Below are positions 52,853 to 64,000 of a DNA stretch of 64,000 nucleotides, piece after piece (the stretch's first letter is position 1; the number at the start of each line of letters is the position of its first letter). Origin of the DNA: Eledone cirrhosa. Taxonomy: Eukaryota. A program made the translations under genes and the position numbers. The notes beneath the pieces were generated by a model. That model made no database searches. It worked only from the letters and a program-made list of their open reading frames with translations, and had not been told where the DNA came from. The stretch is from assembly GCA_964016885.1 (NCBI GenBank), contig OZ024742.1, forward strand, positions 193,006,001 through 193,070,000, written 5' to 3'.

Positions 52853-55290
52853 CGTTGTGCGTTCTAATATTGTAAAACTAAAGCTCCAATTCCAAGCTTT
52901 TATTCAATATCTAGAATATAAAAACAGTAATTAGTCTTGAAGAAATATAACAATAATATTTGTAAGAAAAGAAAGATATGCAATAAAACAAAGTTATATT
53001 GAGGATAGATGAACTTCATAACATTCATGCCGATTTTATTGTTCTTCAATATAGCGCTTGGGGGCCACGCGTATACGATTGCTTCGTCTCACGGGGTCAA
53101 CAGGAACTTGCGGTAGGATGCTAGTAATATTTGCCACGGGATTTAAATCAATCACGGTTTCATCTAAGAGTAGATCGTTACCGTGATCGATGTTAAGTCG
53201 TCTCGGCATATCAGCAGGACTGCTAATCGAACTGTTTTCTTGGATGGATTGATTGTCATTATTTTGAGAATTAATTGGGCCAGGGGAGAGGTCGGCTGTT
53301 GAGACTGTACTAGATATTCCATTTTGATATCTGCCAACCGCGAAATTAGCATTCACCATCTGTTCGATAATAACTCTATTCACTAATGGGTCGTTCTTTG
53401 TACGAATAAAGTTTCTAATATAGGCGTCGTTTCCAAATCTAAGCCAATCTGGTAGGGAAAATCGTATGGAACCCTTTCGATCGAATCTAAATATGCGGTT
53501 ATGGGGTGTCTCATTAGTCTCTGTACAGAGAAGTGTTCGTTGCAAGGCAAGAACTTCTGGTATGATATCTTCCCATTTAGTTTCATTAAGTTTGCGCGAG
53601 TTAATTATGCATTAAATTCCTTTCCAGAGGACTCCGTCGTAGCGCTCGTTTTGGCCATTTCCTTGTGGATGGTACGGCGAAGTGCGCGTGTGGGATATAC
53701 CATTGGACAAGCAGAAATGATCGAATTCTTTGGAGAGAAACTGAGTTCCTCGATCGGAGTGTATGAATGAGGGACCTCCGAATATTGAGAAGATTTGTTT
53801 GAGACAGTTAATGACAGTGTTTGAGGTGATGTCACGCATACCGAAAGCAAAAGGGAATCTGCTGAATTCGTCTACTGCAGTAAATAAGTATATGTTTCCT
53901 GCTTTTGAAGATTTTGGTTTTGGTCCAACGATATCGATTGACAGACGTTCGAACGGCCTTGTTGACTTAATGAGTTTAGCAGATGGAGGCTTGAAGAATT
54001 TTGGCTTGCACTCCAAACATGATACGCAGTTTTTGATCAGGTCGCGGATTTCGTCTACGGAAAAGGGCAGGTTATGGCGTCGGATATAATCGTAAAATCT
54101 AGTTACTCCTGAGTGTGCTAGTTGGTCGTGGAGTACTTTTAAATCACAGGGTGGCGATATAGCTGCAGCGATTCTTGAAAGACAATCGGGTTGGGTGTTG
54201 AGGTAGCCGGGTTTGTAGTCAATGTCAAATTGATGCTCTGATAGTTCTAAACGCCAGCGAGATATTTTATCATTTTTGATTCGTGATTTATTACTCGAGA
54301 AAATGAAGGCTACTGATTTTTTTGGTCAGTACGTATAATCATATGAAAACACTTCACGTATTGCGACCATCTCCGTACAGCTACAATAATAGCCATAGCT
54401 TCTCGCTCCACAGTTGACTGTCTTTTCTCGGACGGTGTAAGTGTTCTCGACAGGAAGGCCACGGGCCGTTCGTTTTGAGAAAGTATAGCTCCGATTGCAT
54501 CGCCAGACGCGTCTGTTTCTATTACCAAAGCGTGGCCAGTTTTAAGAAGAATGCTAAGAGCATCCACATTTACTATATTGCTTATACACACACATACTTA
54601 ATAAGCATGTGAGCTTGTGACTTTTGTTGGTGCCATTCCAGTAGTTTTATTTCCCCGGGATTTCTGTTCTGACGTAAAACACAGGAAGCTAATTCGGAAT
54701 ATATTACTATTATTGATGTTATCTGTGCGAGTAACCAACAAAAACTACCTATTTAACCACCAGTATCCTCTCGAGTATGTTTGTGACACTACAACGAACA
54801 TAGCTACAGGTTATTTTACCAGTTTTTCGACACAAACCAAGTATTAATTAATTGGGGGTACATGTCTGTATGCATATTATATATTTGCTCTTCAACCGGA
54901 AAAATATAATACGAAGTGCTTTTGATAAATTAGCGACACAATAAAAAAGGAAAAAAATTAAATCCGACGACTGTCACCAAGTTAGGAAAAAATTAGACGA
55001 GGTTTTACTATTACTATTCTTGATTTACTTTACCTGGCTTCTTGATGAAGTTACCCCCAAATACCTGAAGGATGCGTAACACGCCTTCGAGTCCAAATAA
55101 CAAAGATATTGAATAAAATTGTTGTGCGTTCTAATATTGCAAAACTAAAGCTCCAATTCCAAGCTTTTATTCAATATCTAGAATATAAAAACAGTAATTA
55201 GTCTTGAAGAAATATAACAATAATATTTGTAAGAAAAGAAAGATATGCAATAAAACAAAGGTATATTGAGGATAGATGAACTTCATAACA
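52853..55290 (-). mobile_element. Internally deleted Gypsy LTR retrotransposon (171-bp LTRs at 52853-53023 and 55120-55290; RNase H + integrase remnants)
   Basis: LTRs read TGTTATG...CACAACA on the minus strand. Motifs ETDASGDAIGAIL..EREAMAI..IRTD (RNase H) and H..H..C..C, LSIDIVGP, IHSDRGTQF, NGQNER (integrase). Flanked by (TA)n. Confidence 0.9.
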
Positions 55291-55295
55291 TTATA

Positions 55296-55327
<32 letters not shown>

Positions 55328-55559
55328 AACGGAACAAATGAAACGAAATTTCATTTCTCACTCTTAGTACGGCTGTTACTTAAATACAAGTATATATACG
55401 TACATACATATATGTATACAGACGTAGAGTAGTATGTATATATATATACATACATGCACACATATATATATGTACGTATGGATTTACCAAACATTTATTA
55501 TAATGCACGGTGTGTTTGTAAACAAACATTCCGAATTAAGCCGTACAGTGTTTAGCAAC

Positions 55560-55827
55560 CATCGTTGCTCTTTTGTTCAACACTGACAAAGGAACGATGT
55601 ACTAGTTTCAAGCTTATTAGCTATCGTCAGCACCGTATACCTTCCTGTCAGATGATTGGACGTCTGAAAGTATATACTTTCCTTATGCATATTAACGGCT
55701 GACCAGCCTAATTTGCATATCGAGTGAGTTAATCATCTAGCAGGCAGGTATACGGTGCTGACGATTGCTAATAGGCTTGAAACTAGTACATCGTTCCTTT
55801 GTCAATGTTGAACAAAAGAGCAACAAT
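55560..55827. mobile_element. Palindromic non-coding element with two divergent hammerheads (55594-55636 minus; 55752-55794 plus)
   Basis: Minus-arm motif ACGGTG CTGACGA T AGCT aata AGCT T GAAAC TA GTA CATCGT; the plus arm has a weaker stem II. Further copies at 60060-60102, 60218-60260 and a mutated one at 60953-60995. Confidence 0.8.
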
Positions 55828-55841
55828 GCACGTATTGCACC

Positions 55842-56038
<197 letters not shown>

Positions 56039-56068
56039 GTATATATATATACATATATATATATACAT

Positions 56069-56154
<86 letters not shown>

Positions 56155-57247
56155 TTAATATGGATGAGATTCTACAGGACTAGAACTGTTTCATTGTTTA
56201 GAAATCATCAGGAGTCTGGGTATCAAAAAATAAATATGGTATTTATAGGTCTCTACAAGTGGTAGGAGAGGGTGGGGAGTGGGATGGGTGTAGGTCATTG
56301 GTTGATAGAAAAGGGAATTCATTAAAAGCTAATTCTACAAAGCTATAGTTTATTTTTATTAATTTTTGTTTTTAGAGTAACAAGGGCAGATAGAATTCTA
56401 TAAACAGGTTCCGGATGGCATACCATTCCTTGTCATTAAGTTTCTCTTAAGCTAACAGATGTCTATAAGATCAGTGGGGGGTCAGTCATGGTAGATAGAA
56501 TTAAAGAAAAGGGAGATTCTTTAAAAGCTAAATTCATTAAGGTTCTACTAAGTGACAAAGGTTTAGAGAATTCTGTAGACAGATTCAAAATACTGAGTGC
56601 ATATCTTACAATTATCTTCGAACTTCTCTTAAACTAATCAACTATATGCCAAAAATCAACAGACACATTTTTTTTGTGATAGTTGATTATTTTTAGAGAA
56701 GTTCGAAGATGATTGTAAGATATGCACTCAGTATTTTGAATCTGTCTACATAATTTTCTAAACCTTTGTCACTTAGTAGAACCTTAATGAATTTAGCTTT
56801 TAAAGAATCTCCCTTTCCTTTAATTCTATCTACCATGACTGACCCCCCACTGATCTTATAGACATCTGTTAGCTTAAAAGAAACTTAATGACAAGGAATG
56901 GTATGACATCCGGAACCTGTTTATAGAATTCTGTCTGCCTTTGTTACTCTAAAAACTTAAATTAATAAAAATAAACTATAGCTTTGTAGAATTAGCTTTT
57001 AATGAATTCCCTTTTCTATCAACCAATGACCTACACCCATCCCTCTGCTACCACTTGTAGAGACCTATAAATACCATATTTATTTTTTGATACCCAGATT
57101 CCTGATGATTTCTAAAGAATGAAACCTTTCTAGTCCTGTAGAATGTCATCTATATTAAAACTTTTATACTCTGCAATGTATTGAGTACCTTACTTGTTGT
57201 GGTTACCTCCGATCCAACCCGGAATAACGTATATATATATATATATA

Positions 57248-57332
<85 letters not shown>

Positions 57333-57333
57333 A

Positions 57334-59734
57334 CGTTGTGCGTTCTAATAATGGAAAATTAAAGCTCCAATTCCAACCTTTTATTCAATATCTAGAATAT
57401 AAAAACAGTAATTAGTCTTGAAGAAATATAACAATAATATTTGTAAGAAAAGAAAGATATGCAATAAAACAAAGGTATATTGTGGATAGATGAACTTCAT
57501 AACATTCTTCGCCGATTTTATTGTTCTTCAATATAGCGCTTGGGGGCCACGCGTATACGATTGCTTCGTCTCACGGGGTCAACAGAAACTTGCGGTAGGA
57601 TGCTAGTGCTATTTGCCACGCGATTTAAATCAATCACGGTTTCATCTAAGAGTAGATCGTTACCGTGGTCGATGTTAAGTGGTCTCGGCATATCAGCAGG
57701 ACTGCTAATCGAACTGTTTTCTTGGATGGATTGATTGTCATTATTTTGAGAATTAATTGGGCCAGGGGGGAGGTCTGCTGTTGAGACTGTACTAGATATT
57801 CCATATTGATATCTGCCAACCGCGAAATTAGCATTCCCTATCTGTTCGATAATAACTCTATTCACTAATGGGTCGTTCTTTGTACGAATAAAGTTTCTAA
57901 TATAGGCGTCGTTTCCAAATCTAAGCCAATCTGGTAGGGAAAACCGTATGGGGTGTCTCATTAGTCTCTGTACAGAGAAGTGTTCGTTGCAAGGCAAGAA
58001 CTTCTGGTATGATATCTTCCCATTTAGTTTCATTAAGTTTGCGCGAATTAATTATGCATTGAATTCCTTTCCAGAGTACTCCGTTGTAGCGCTCGTTTTG
58101 GCCATTTCCTTGTGGATGGTACGGCGAAGTGCGCGTGTGGGATATACCATTGGACAAGCAGAAATGATCGAATTCTTTGGAGAGAAACTGAGTTCCTCGA
58201 TCGGAGTGTATGAATGAGGGAGCTCCGAATATTGAGAAGATTTGTTTGAGACAGTTAATGACAGTGTTTGAGGTGATGTCACGCATACCGAAAGCAAAAG
58301 GGAATCTGCTGAATTCGTCTACTGCAGTCAATAAGTATATGTTACCTGCTTTTGAAGATTTTGGTTTTGGTCCAACGATATCGATTGACAGACGTTCGAA
58401 CGGCCTTGTTGACCTAATGAGTTTAGCAGATGGAGGCTTGAAGAATTTTGGCTTGCACTCCAAACATGATACGCAGTTTTTGACGAGGTCGTGGATTTCG
58501 TCTACGGAAAAGGGCAGGTTATGGCGTCGGATATAATCGTAAAATCTAGTTACTCCTGAGTGTACTAGTTGGTCGTGGAGTACTTTTAAATCACAGGGTG
58601 GCGATATAGCTGCAGCGATTCTTGAAAGACAATCGGGTTGGGTGTTGATGTAGCCGGGTTTGTAGTCAATGTCAAATTGATGCTCTGATAGTTCTAAACG
58701 CCAGCGAGATATTTTATCATTTTTGATTCGTGATTTATTACTCAAGAAAATGAAGGCTACTGATTTTTTTGGTCAGTACGTATAATCATATGAAAACACT
58801 TCACGTATTGCGACCATCTCCGTACAGCTTCAATAATAGCCATAGCTTCTCGCTCTACAGTTGATTGTCTTTTCTCGAACGGTGTAAGTGTTCTCGACAG
58901 GAAGGCCACGGGCCGTTCGTTTTGAGAAAGTATAGCTCCGATTGCATCGCCAGACGCGTCTGTCTCTATTACCAATGCGTGGCCAGTTTTAAGAAGAATG
59001 CTAAGAGCATCCACATTTACTATATTGCTTATACACACACATACTTAATAAGCATGTGAGCTTGTGACTTTTGTTGGTGCCATTCCAGTAGTTTTATTTC
59101 ACCGGGATTTCTGTTCTGACGTAAAACACAGGAAGCTAATTCGGAATATATTACTATTATTGATGTTATCTGTGCGAGTAACCAACAAAAACTACCTATT
59201 TAACCACCAGTATTCTCTCAAGTGTGTGTGACACTACCACGAACATAGCTACAGGTTATTTTACCATTGTTTTTCGACACAAACCAAGTATTAATTAATT
59301 GGGGGTACATGTGTGTATGCATATTATATATTTGCTCTTCAACCGGAAAAATATAATACGAAGTGCTTTTGATAAATTAGCGACCTAATAAAAAAAGGAA
59401 AAAAATTAAATCCGACGACTGTCACCAAGTTAGGAAAAGATTAGACGAGGTTTTACTATTACTATTCTTGATTTACTTTACCTGGCTTCTTGATGAAGTT
59501 ACCCCCAAATACCTGAAGGATGCGTAACACGCCTTCGAGTCCAAATAACAAAGATATTGAATAAAATTGTTGTGCGTTCTAATATTGCAAAACTAAAGCT
59601 CCAATTCCAAGCTTTTATTCAATATCTAGAATATAAAAACAGTAATTAGTCTTGAAGAAATATAACAATAATATTTGTAAGAAAAGAAAGATATGCAATA
59701 AAACAAAGGTATATTGAGGATAGATGAACTTCAT

Positions 59735-59738
<4 letters not shown>
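57334..59738 (-). mobile_element. Second copy of internally deleted Gypsy (LTRs 57334-57504, 59568-59738)
   Basis: Integrase ORF 57921-58745 and RNase H ~58757-58990, both near-identical to copy 1. Confidence 0.9.
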
Positions 59739-59775
<37 letters not shown>

Positions 59776-60308
59776 TATACATATATATATATAAACGGAA
59801 CAAATGAAACGAAATTTCATTTCTCACTCTTAGTACGGCTGTTACCTAAATACAAGTATATATACGTACATACATATATGTATACAGACGTACCGTAGTA
59901 TGTATATATATATACATACATGCACACATATATATATGTACGTATGGATTTACCAAACATTTATTATAATGCTCTCTGTGTTTGTAAACAAACATTCCGA
60001 ATTAAGCCGTACAGTGTTTAGCAACCATCGTTCCTCTTTTGTTCAACACTGACAAAGGAACGATGTACTAGTTTCAAGCTTATTAGCTATCGTCAGCACC
60101 GTATACCTTCCTGTCAGATGATTGAACGTCTGAAAGTATATACTTTCCTCATGCATATTAACGGCTGACCAGCCTAATTTGCATATCGAGTGAGTTAATC
60201 ATCTAGCAGGCAGGTATACGGTGCTGACGATTGCTAATAGGCTTGAAACTAGTACATCGTTCCTTTGTCAACGTTGAACAAAAGAGCAACGATGCACGTA
60301 TAAACACC

Positions 60309-60357
<49 letters not shown>

Positions 60358-60372
60358 GTTTTAATATAGAAG

Positions 60373-60423
60373 AGATTCTACAGGACTAGAACTGTTTCAT
60401 TCTTTAGAAATCATCAGGAATCT
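60373..60423 (-). ncRNA. Type I hammerhead ribozyme (best-preserved copy, 6-bp stem I)
   Basis: Reverse complement: AGATTC CTGATGA TTTCTAAAGAAT GAAACAG TTCTAGTC CTGT A GAATCT. Confidence 0.75.
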
Positions 60424-61043
60424 GGGTATCAAAAAATAAATATGGTATTTATAGGTCTCTACAAGTGGTAGGAGAGGGTGGGGAGTGGGATGGGTGTAGG
60501 TCATTGGTTGATAGAAAAAGGAATTCATTAAAAGCTAATTCTACAAAGCTATAGTTTATTTTTATTAATTTTTGTTTTTAGAGTAACAAAGGCAGACAGA
60601 ATTCTATAAACAGGTTCCGGATGGCATACCATTCCTTGTCATTAAGTTTCTCTTAAGCTAACAGATGTCTATAAGATCAGTGGGGCGTCAGTCATGGTAG
60701 ATAGAATTAAAGGAAAGGGAGATTCTTTAAAAGCTAAATTCATTAAGGTTCTACTAAGTGACAAAGGTTTAGAGAATTCTGTAGACAGATTCAAAATACT
60801 GAGTGCATATCTTACAATTATCTTCGAACTTCTCTTAAACTAATCAACTATATGCCAAAAATCAACAGACACATTTTTTTTGTGAATGTGTCTGTTGAAT
60901 GTGTCAGCCTAATTTGCATATCGAGTGAGTTAATCATCTAGCAGGAAGGTATACGGTGCTGACGATTGCTAATAGGCTTGGAACTAGTACATCGTTCCTT
61001 TGTCAATGTTGAACAAAAGAGCAACGATGCACGTATACACACC

Positions 61044-61160
<117 letters not shown>

Positions 61161-61189
61161 ATATATATATATATATAAGAAAATGATTT

Positions 61190-61530
61190 TTTTTTATTAA
61201 ATGAAAAAAAAAACGAGATGTCCTACACGAGTGAAAGTGTAAGTAAAAAAGATGTAATGGAAAATGCAACTGGAGTCTTTTTAAGGATATTTATTTGCTT
61301 CCTTTAGCGGTTTCACAGGTCTTATGCTTTTCAAAAGTAGAATTCAGATGGAGGATTCGTGGTTTTTCTCGCATCTCAATTCTACTTTTAATCAGCTGCG
61401 AGAAAAACCACAAGCCAGCCATCTCAATTCTACTTTTGAAAAGCATAGGAAATATGAAACCGGTAAAGGAAACAAATAGATATTTAAAAAAAACTCCAGT
61501 TGCATTTTCGATTTTATCTTTTTTTCCTTT
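61190..61530. mobile_element. Short palindromic pLTR derivative of the 2135-4090 PLE family with U3:A8 HHR-like motifs (61302-61337 minus, 61433-61468 plus)
   Basis: Consensus of copies: CTT TTGAAAA GCA taagacc TGT GAAAC CG GTA AAG. Confidence 0.65.
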
Positions 61531-61993
61531 TATATATATCTTGCTATTTCAAACGTTAAACTAATATATTTCTTCAATGTAGTGTCGTTTGCTTTATTTC
61601 AGTTTACTTTTGATACCCACATACACACACACGCACACACGCACACTCACAAACACACACACACACACACACAGGCACCCACACACGCACACGCACACAT
61701 ACACACACACATACACACTTATATATATATGTGTGTGTGCGTTTGCGTGTGTGTCGTTTGTCTGTATAATCATTTAAATTGATTTTCGTTCGTGAAATGG
61801 ATCACTGCTGTATTGATACAAACGAAGCCCTAAAACTATGAGAAAAATATCAACATTACTTAATTCTAAACTCACACAGAGAATGATAATCGCTCAACAC
61901 AATGTATTCAAATGATAACGATCAGAAAGAGAAAGAGTTCCAGCCTCACGATCGCTGTAGCCATGGAAATGAGCCGGGAGTCAAAGAAATCCA

Positions 61994-62056
<63 letters not shown>

Positions 62057-62074
62057 CAAACAAGGTGTGGTAAG

Positions 62075-62117
<43 letters not shown>

Positions 62118-62135
62118 CAAACAAGGTGTGGTAAG

Positions 62136-62222
<87 letters not shown>

Positions 62223-62322
62223 AGATAAACTAGACAATGAATTATTCATGACGATGTATTTATAATGTATTCTGCATTCAATGATATCTGACATATCAAA
62301 TATTTGCATTTATATTTATCAG

Positions 62323-62457
62323 GATAAATATGCGACGAACAACGACGAGAGAATAGAACAATGCTATAATATATTCACAGAGGATTTCAAACATGTTTTA
62401 GGATGGATGTACGTGCAAAGGTATTTCATGAAAAATCGAAACGAATCAATAAAAGAG
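62323..62457 (+). CDS. Internal phase-0 exon of a probable M13 (neprilysin/ECE-like) metallopeptidase
   Basis: Boundaries TTTATCAG| and |GTAAAT, with 135 nt open. DKYATNNDERIEQCYNIFTEDFKHVLGWMYVQRYFMKNRNESIKE fits the M13 N-domain pattern R..C...LG.(M/L)YV..YF. Confidence 0.6.
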
Positions 62458-63089
62458 GTAAATATATGTTATACTAAATATGGGTAGACATGATTTCACG
62501 AATACATTGTATTTTGAAGACTACTAGAATTGAAAACCAAATAGCTATAAATGCACATCGATAAGGTTTGAGTGTTCGATCTTCGTGTAATATGTTGTTA
62601 TATTAATTTTGTAAGAAATATTTCTATTTAACGTTACAAAATTAGTATGCAATTGCGGTTCTTTTCTTTCGTGATTTTTTTCTGTTTTCAGTTTTTAGCT
62701 TGCAGCTATGCTGAAGCACCACCTTCGAATGTTTCTATTGATTATATAAATCTTCGATACAAATACTTTGTCTGGCACTTAATTTAGCGATCTCAATAAT
62801 TAATCCGGGGTCAGATTAATTGATCTCCTATGACAAAATTAAATTTATTCGAGGATATAATACTAACCAAGTTGAAAATCGATCAGATAGACTACTGATT
62901 CCTGAAATGTTTGATTATTTCCTGGGTATTTAAGAAATACGTATCCACTTTGTAGCAATAACGATGTTACTGTTGTTATTTAACCATTCTATGTACTCTT
63001 TGATTGAGTATACTTATATGTATTCCATTCGTGACCATGTCGTCCATCTCTGTACCAAGTACCACATTATTTATTATTCCCTTATATAA

Positions 63090-63303
63090 GGGCGGTGGAT
63101 GGACAGTATCAGTACTGTGTCTGACGCCATGCTTTGCAGCATAGAGTTACGGCCTTTTATTATCTGAGTTCAAATGCCACCGAGGTTAACTTTGCCTTTA
63201 ATCCTTACGGGGTCGATAAAATAAGTACCAGTCACGCTTTGGGGTCGATTTAATCGACTTTCCCTTCCCCAAAAACTGCTGACCGTGTGCTTATATAAGA
63301 AAC
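63090..63303 (+). mobile_element. tRNA/Nin-domain SINE, longer subfamily, 18-bp TSD
   Basis: TSD TATTATTC(C/A)CTTATATAA at 63072-63089 and 63304-63321. Carries an extra GGGGTCGATTTAATCGAC segment. Confidence 0.9.
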
Positions 63304-63419
63304 TATTATTCACTTATATAAACCGATAGGGTGGGATTGCTGGGATATTTAGTAAAACTATTGTAAATGATTTAATATGGCACATTAATTTATTAGAACA
63401 TTATTAGATATATTTTGTA

Positions 63420-63590
63420 GATTGGCAGTATCGCTAGAGGGTCGGACGCCATGATTTGAGTTACGGCTCTTGCCATTCTGAGTTCAAATCCCGCCGAGGT
63501 TAAATTTGCCTTTCATCCTTACGGGGTCGATAAAATAAAGTACCAGTAATGTACTGGGTAATTGCTGGCCTTGTGCCAAAAGTAGAAATA
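63420..63590 (+). mobile_element. tRNA/Nin-domain SINE with 20-bp TSD
   Basis: TSD ATTATTAGATATATTTTGTA at 63400-63419 and 63591-63610. Confidence 0.9.
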
Positions 63591-64000
63591 ATTATTAGAT
63601 ATATTTTGTATGGAAAAAATATTTCCTTAAAGCGATGCTCCCTGGTTCTTCGATTGTTTCCTTTAAAATTGTATAAGATTTCCGTGACAAAAATATGTTT
63701 AAGAAATATTGGTCTAAGGAATATTTATTGCTAATTGAGTTGCAAATACGTCACAGTAGAAAAAACAGATTTTGCTGGTTGAATCTGTTAAACTGAACTA
63801 GCGTAATATATTTCATATATGAATGTACTTTTGATTTCATTTCAAACTCATCATATATCTTTCTATTTATATCATAATTATTTTAATTCACACTTTGGTA
63901 CATTATATATAATTAGAAAAATACAGGTTAAAATAGTGTAGTTACTTTCTAAATTTAAACTAAATTCAATATATAAGGGCAAACATGAAATACAAGAATT

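Noticed and set aside
55036-55095. HHR-like TTGATGA-AGTTAC..GTAAC motif
   Set aside because: The GAAA half of the core is missing.

Overview
AT-rich, microsatellite-dense eukaryotic DNA. It is most likely an octopod cephalopod, inferred from the tRNA-head/Nin-Deu-domain SINE family and the (TA)n/(CA)n density. Almost the whole window is decayed mobile DNA: two R4/Dong-type RLE LINEs, an L1/Tx1-like LINE plus a fragment, an RTE fragment and bipartite RTE-derived non-autonomous elements, several Penelope-like element (PLE) remnants with GIY-YIG, a ~6.2 kb Helitron, an internally deleted Gypsy inside a ~4.5 kb tandem duplication, a hAT-type MITE and more than 10 SINEs. One convincing host exon (M13/neprilysin-like, 62323-62457) suggests the window is intronic. 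The most striking hidden layer is a set of minimal type I hammerhead ribozymes (HHRs) from about ten unrelated non-coding, often palindromic, (TA)n-embedded repeat families. One is a very young 591-bp tandem array whose every unit carries an HHR with a compensatory U3:A8 core (retrozyme-like), and a second, unrelated family shows the same U3:A8 swap. Most short ORFs in the track are microsatellite artefacts. All motifs were read by eye, and no folding or database search was run.
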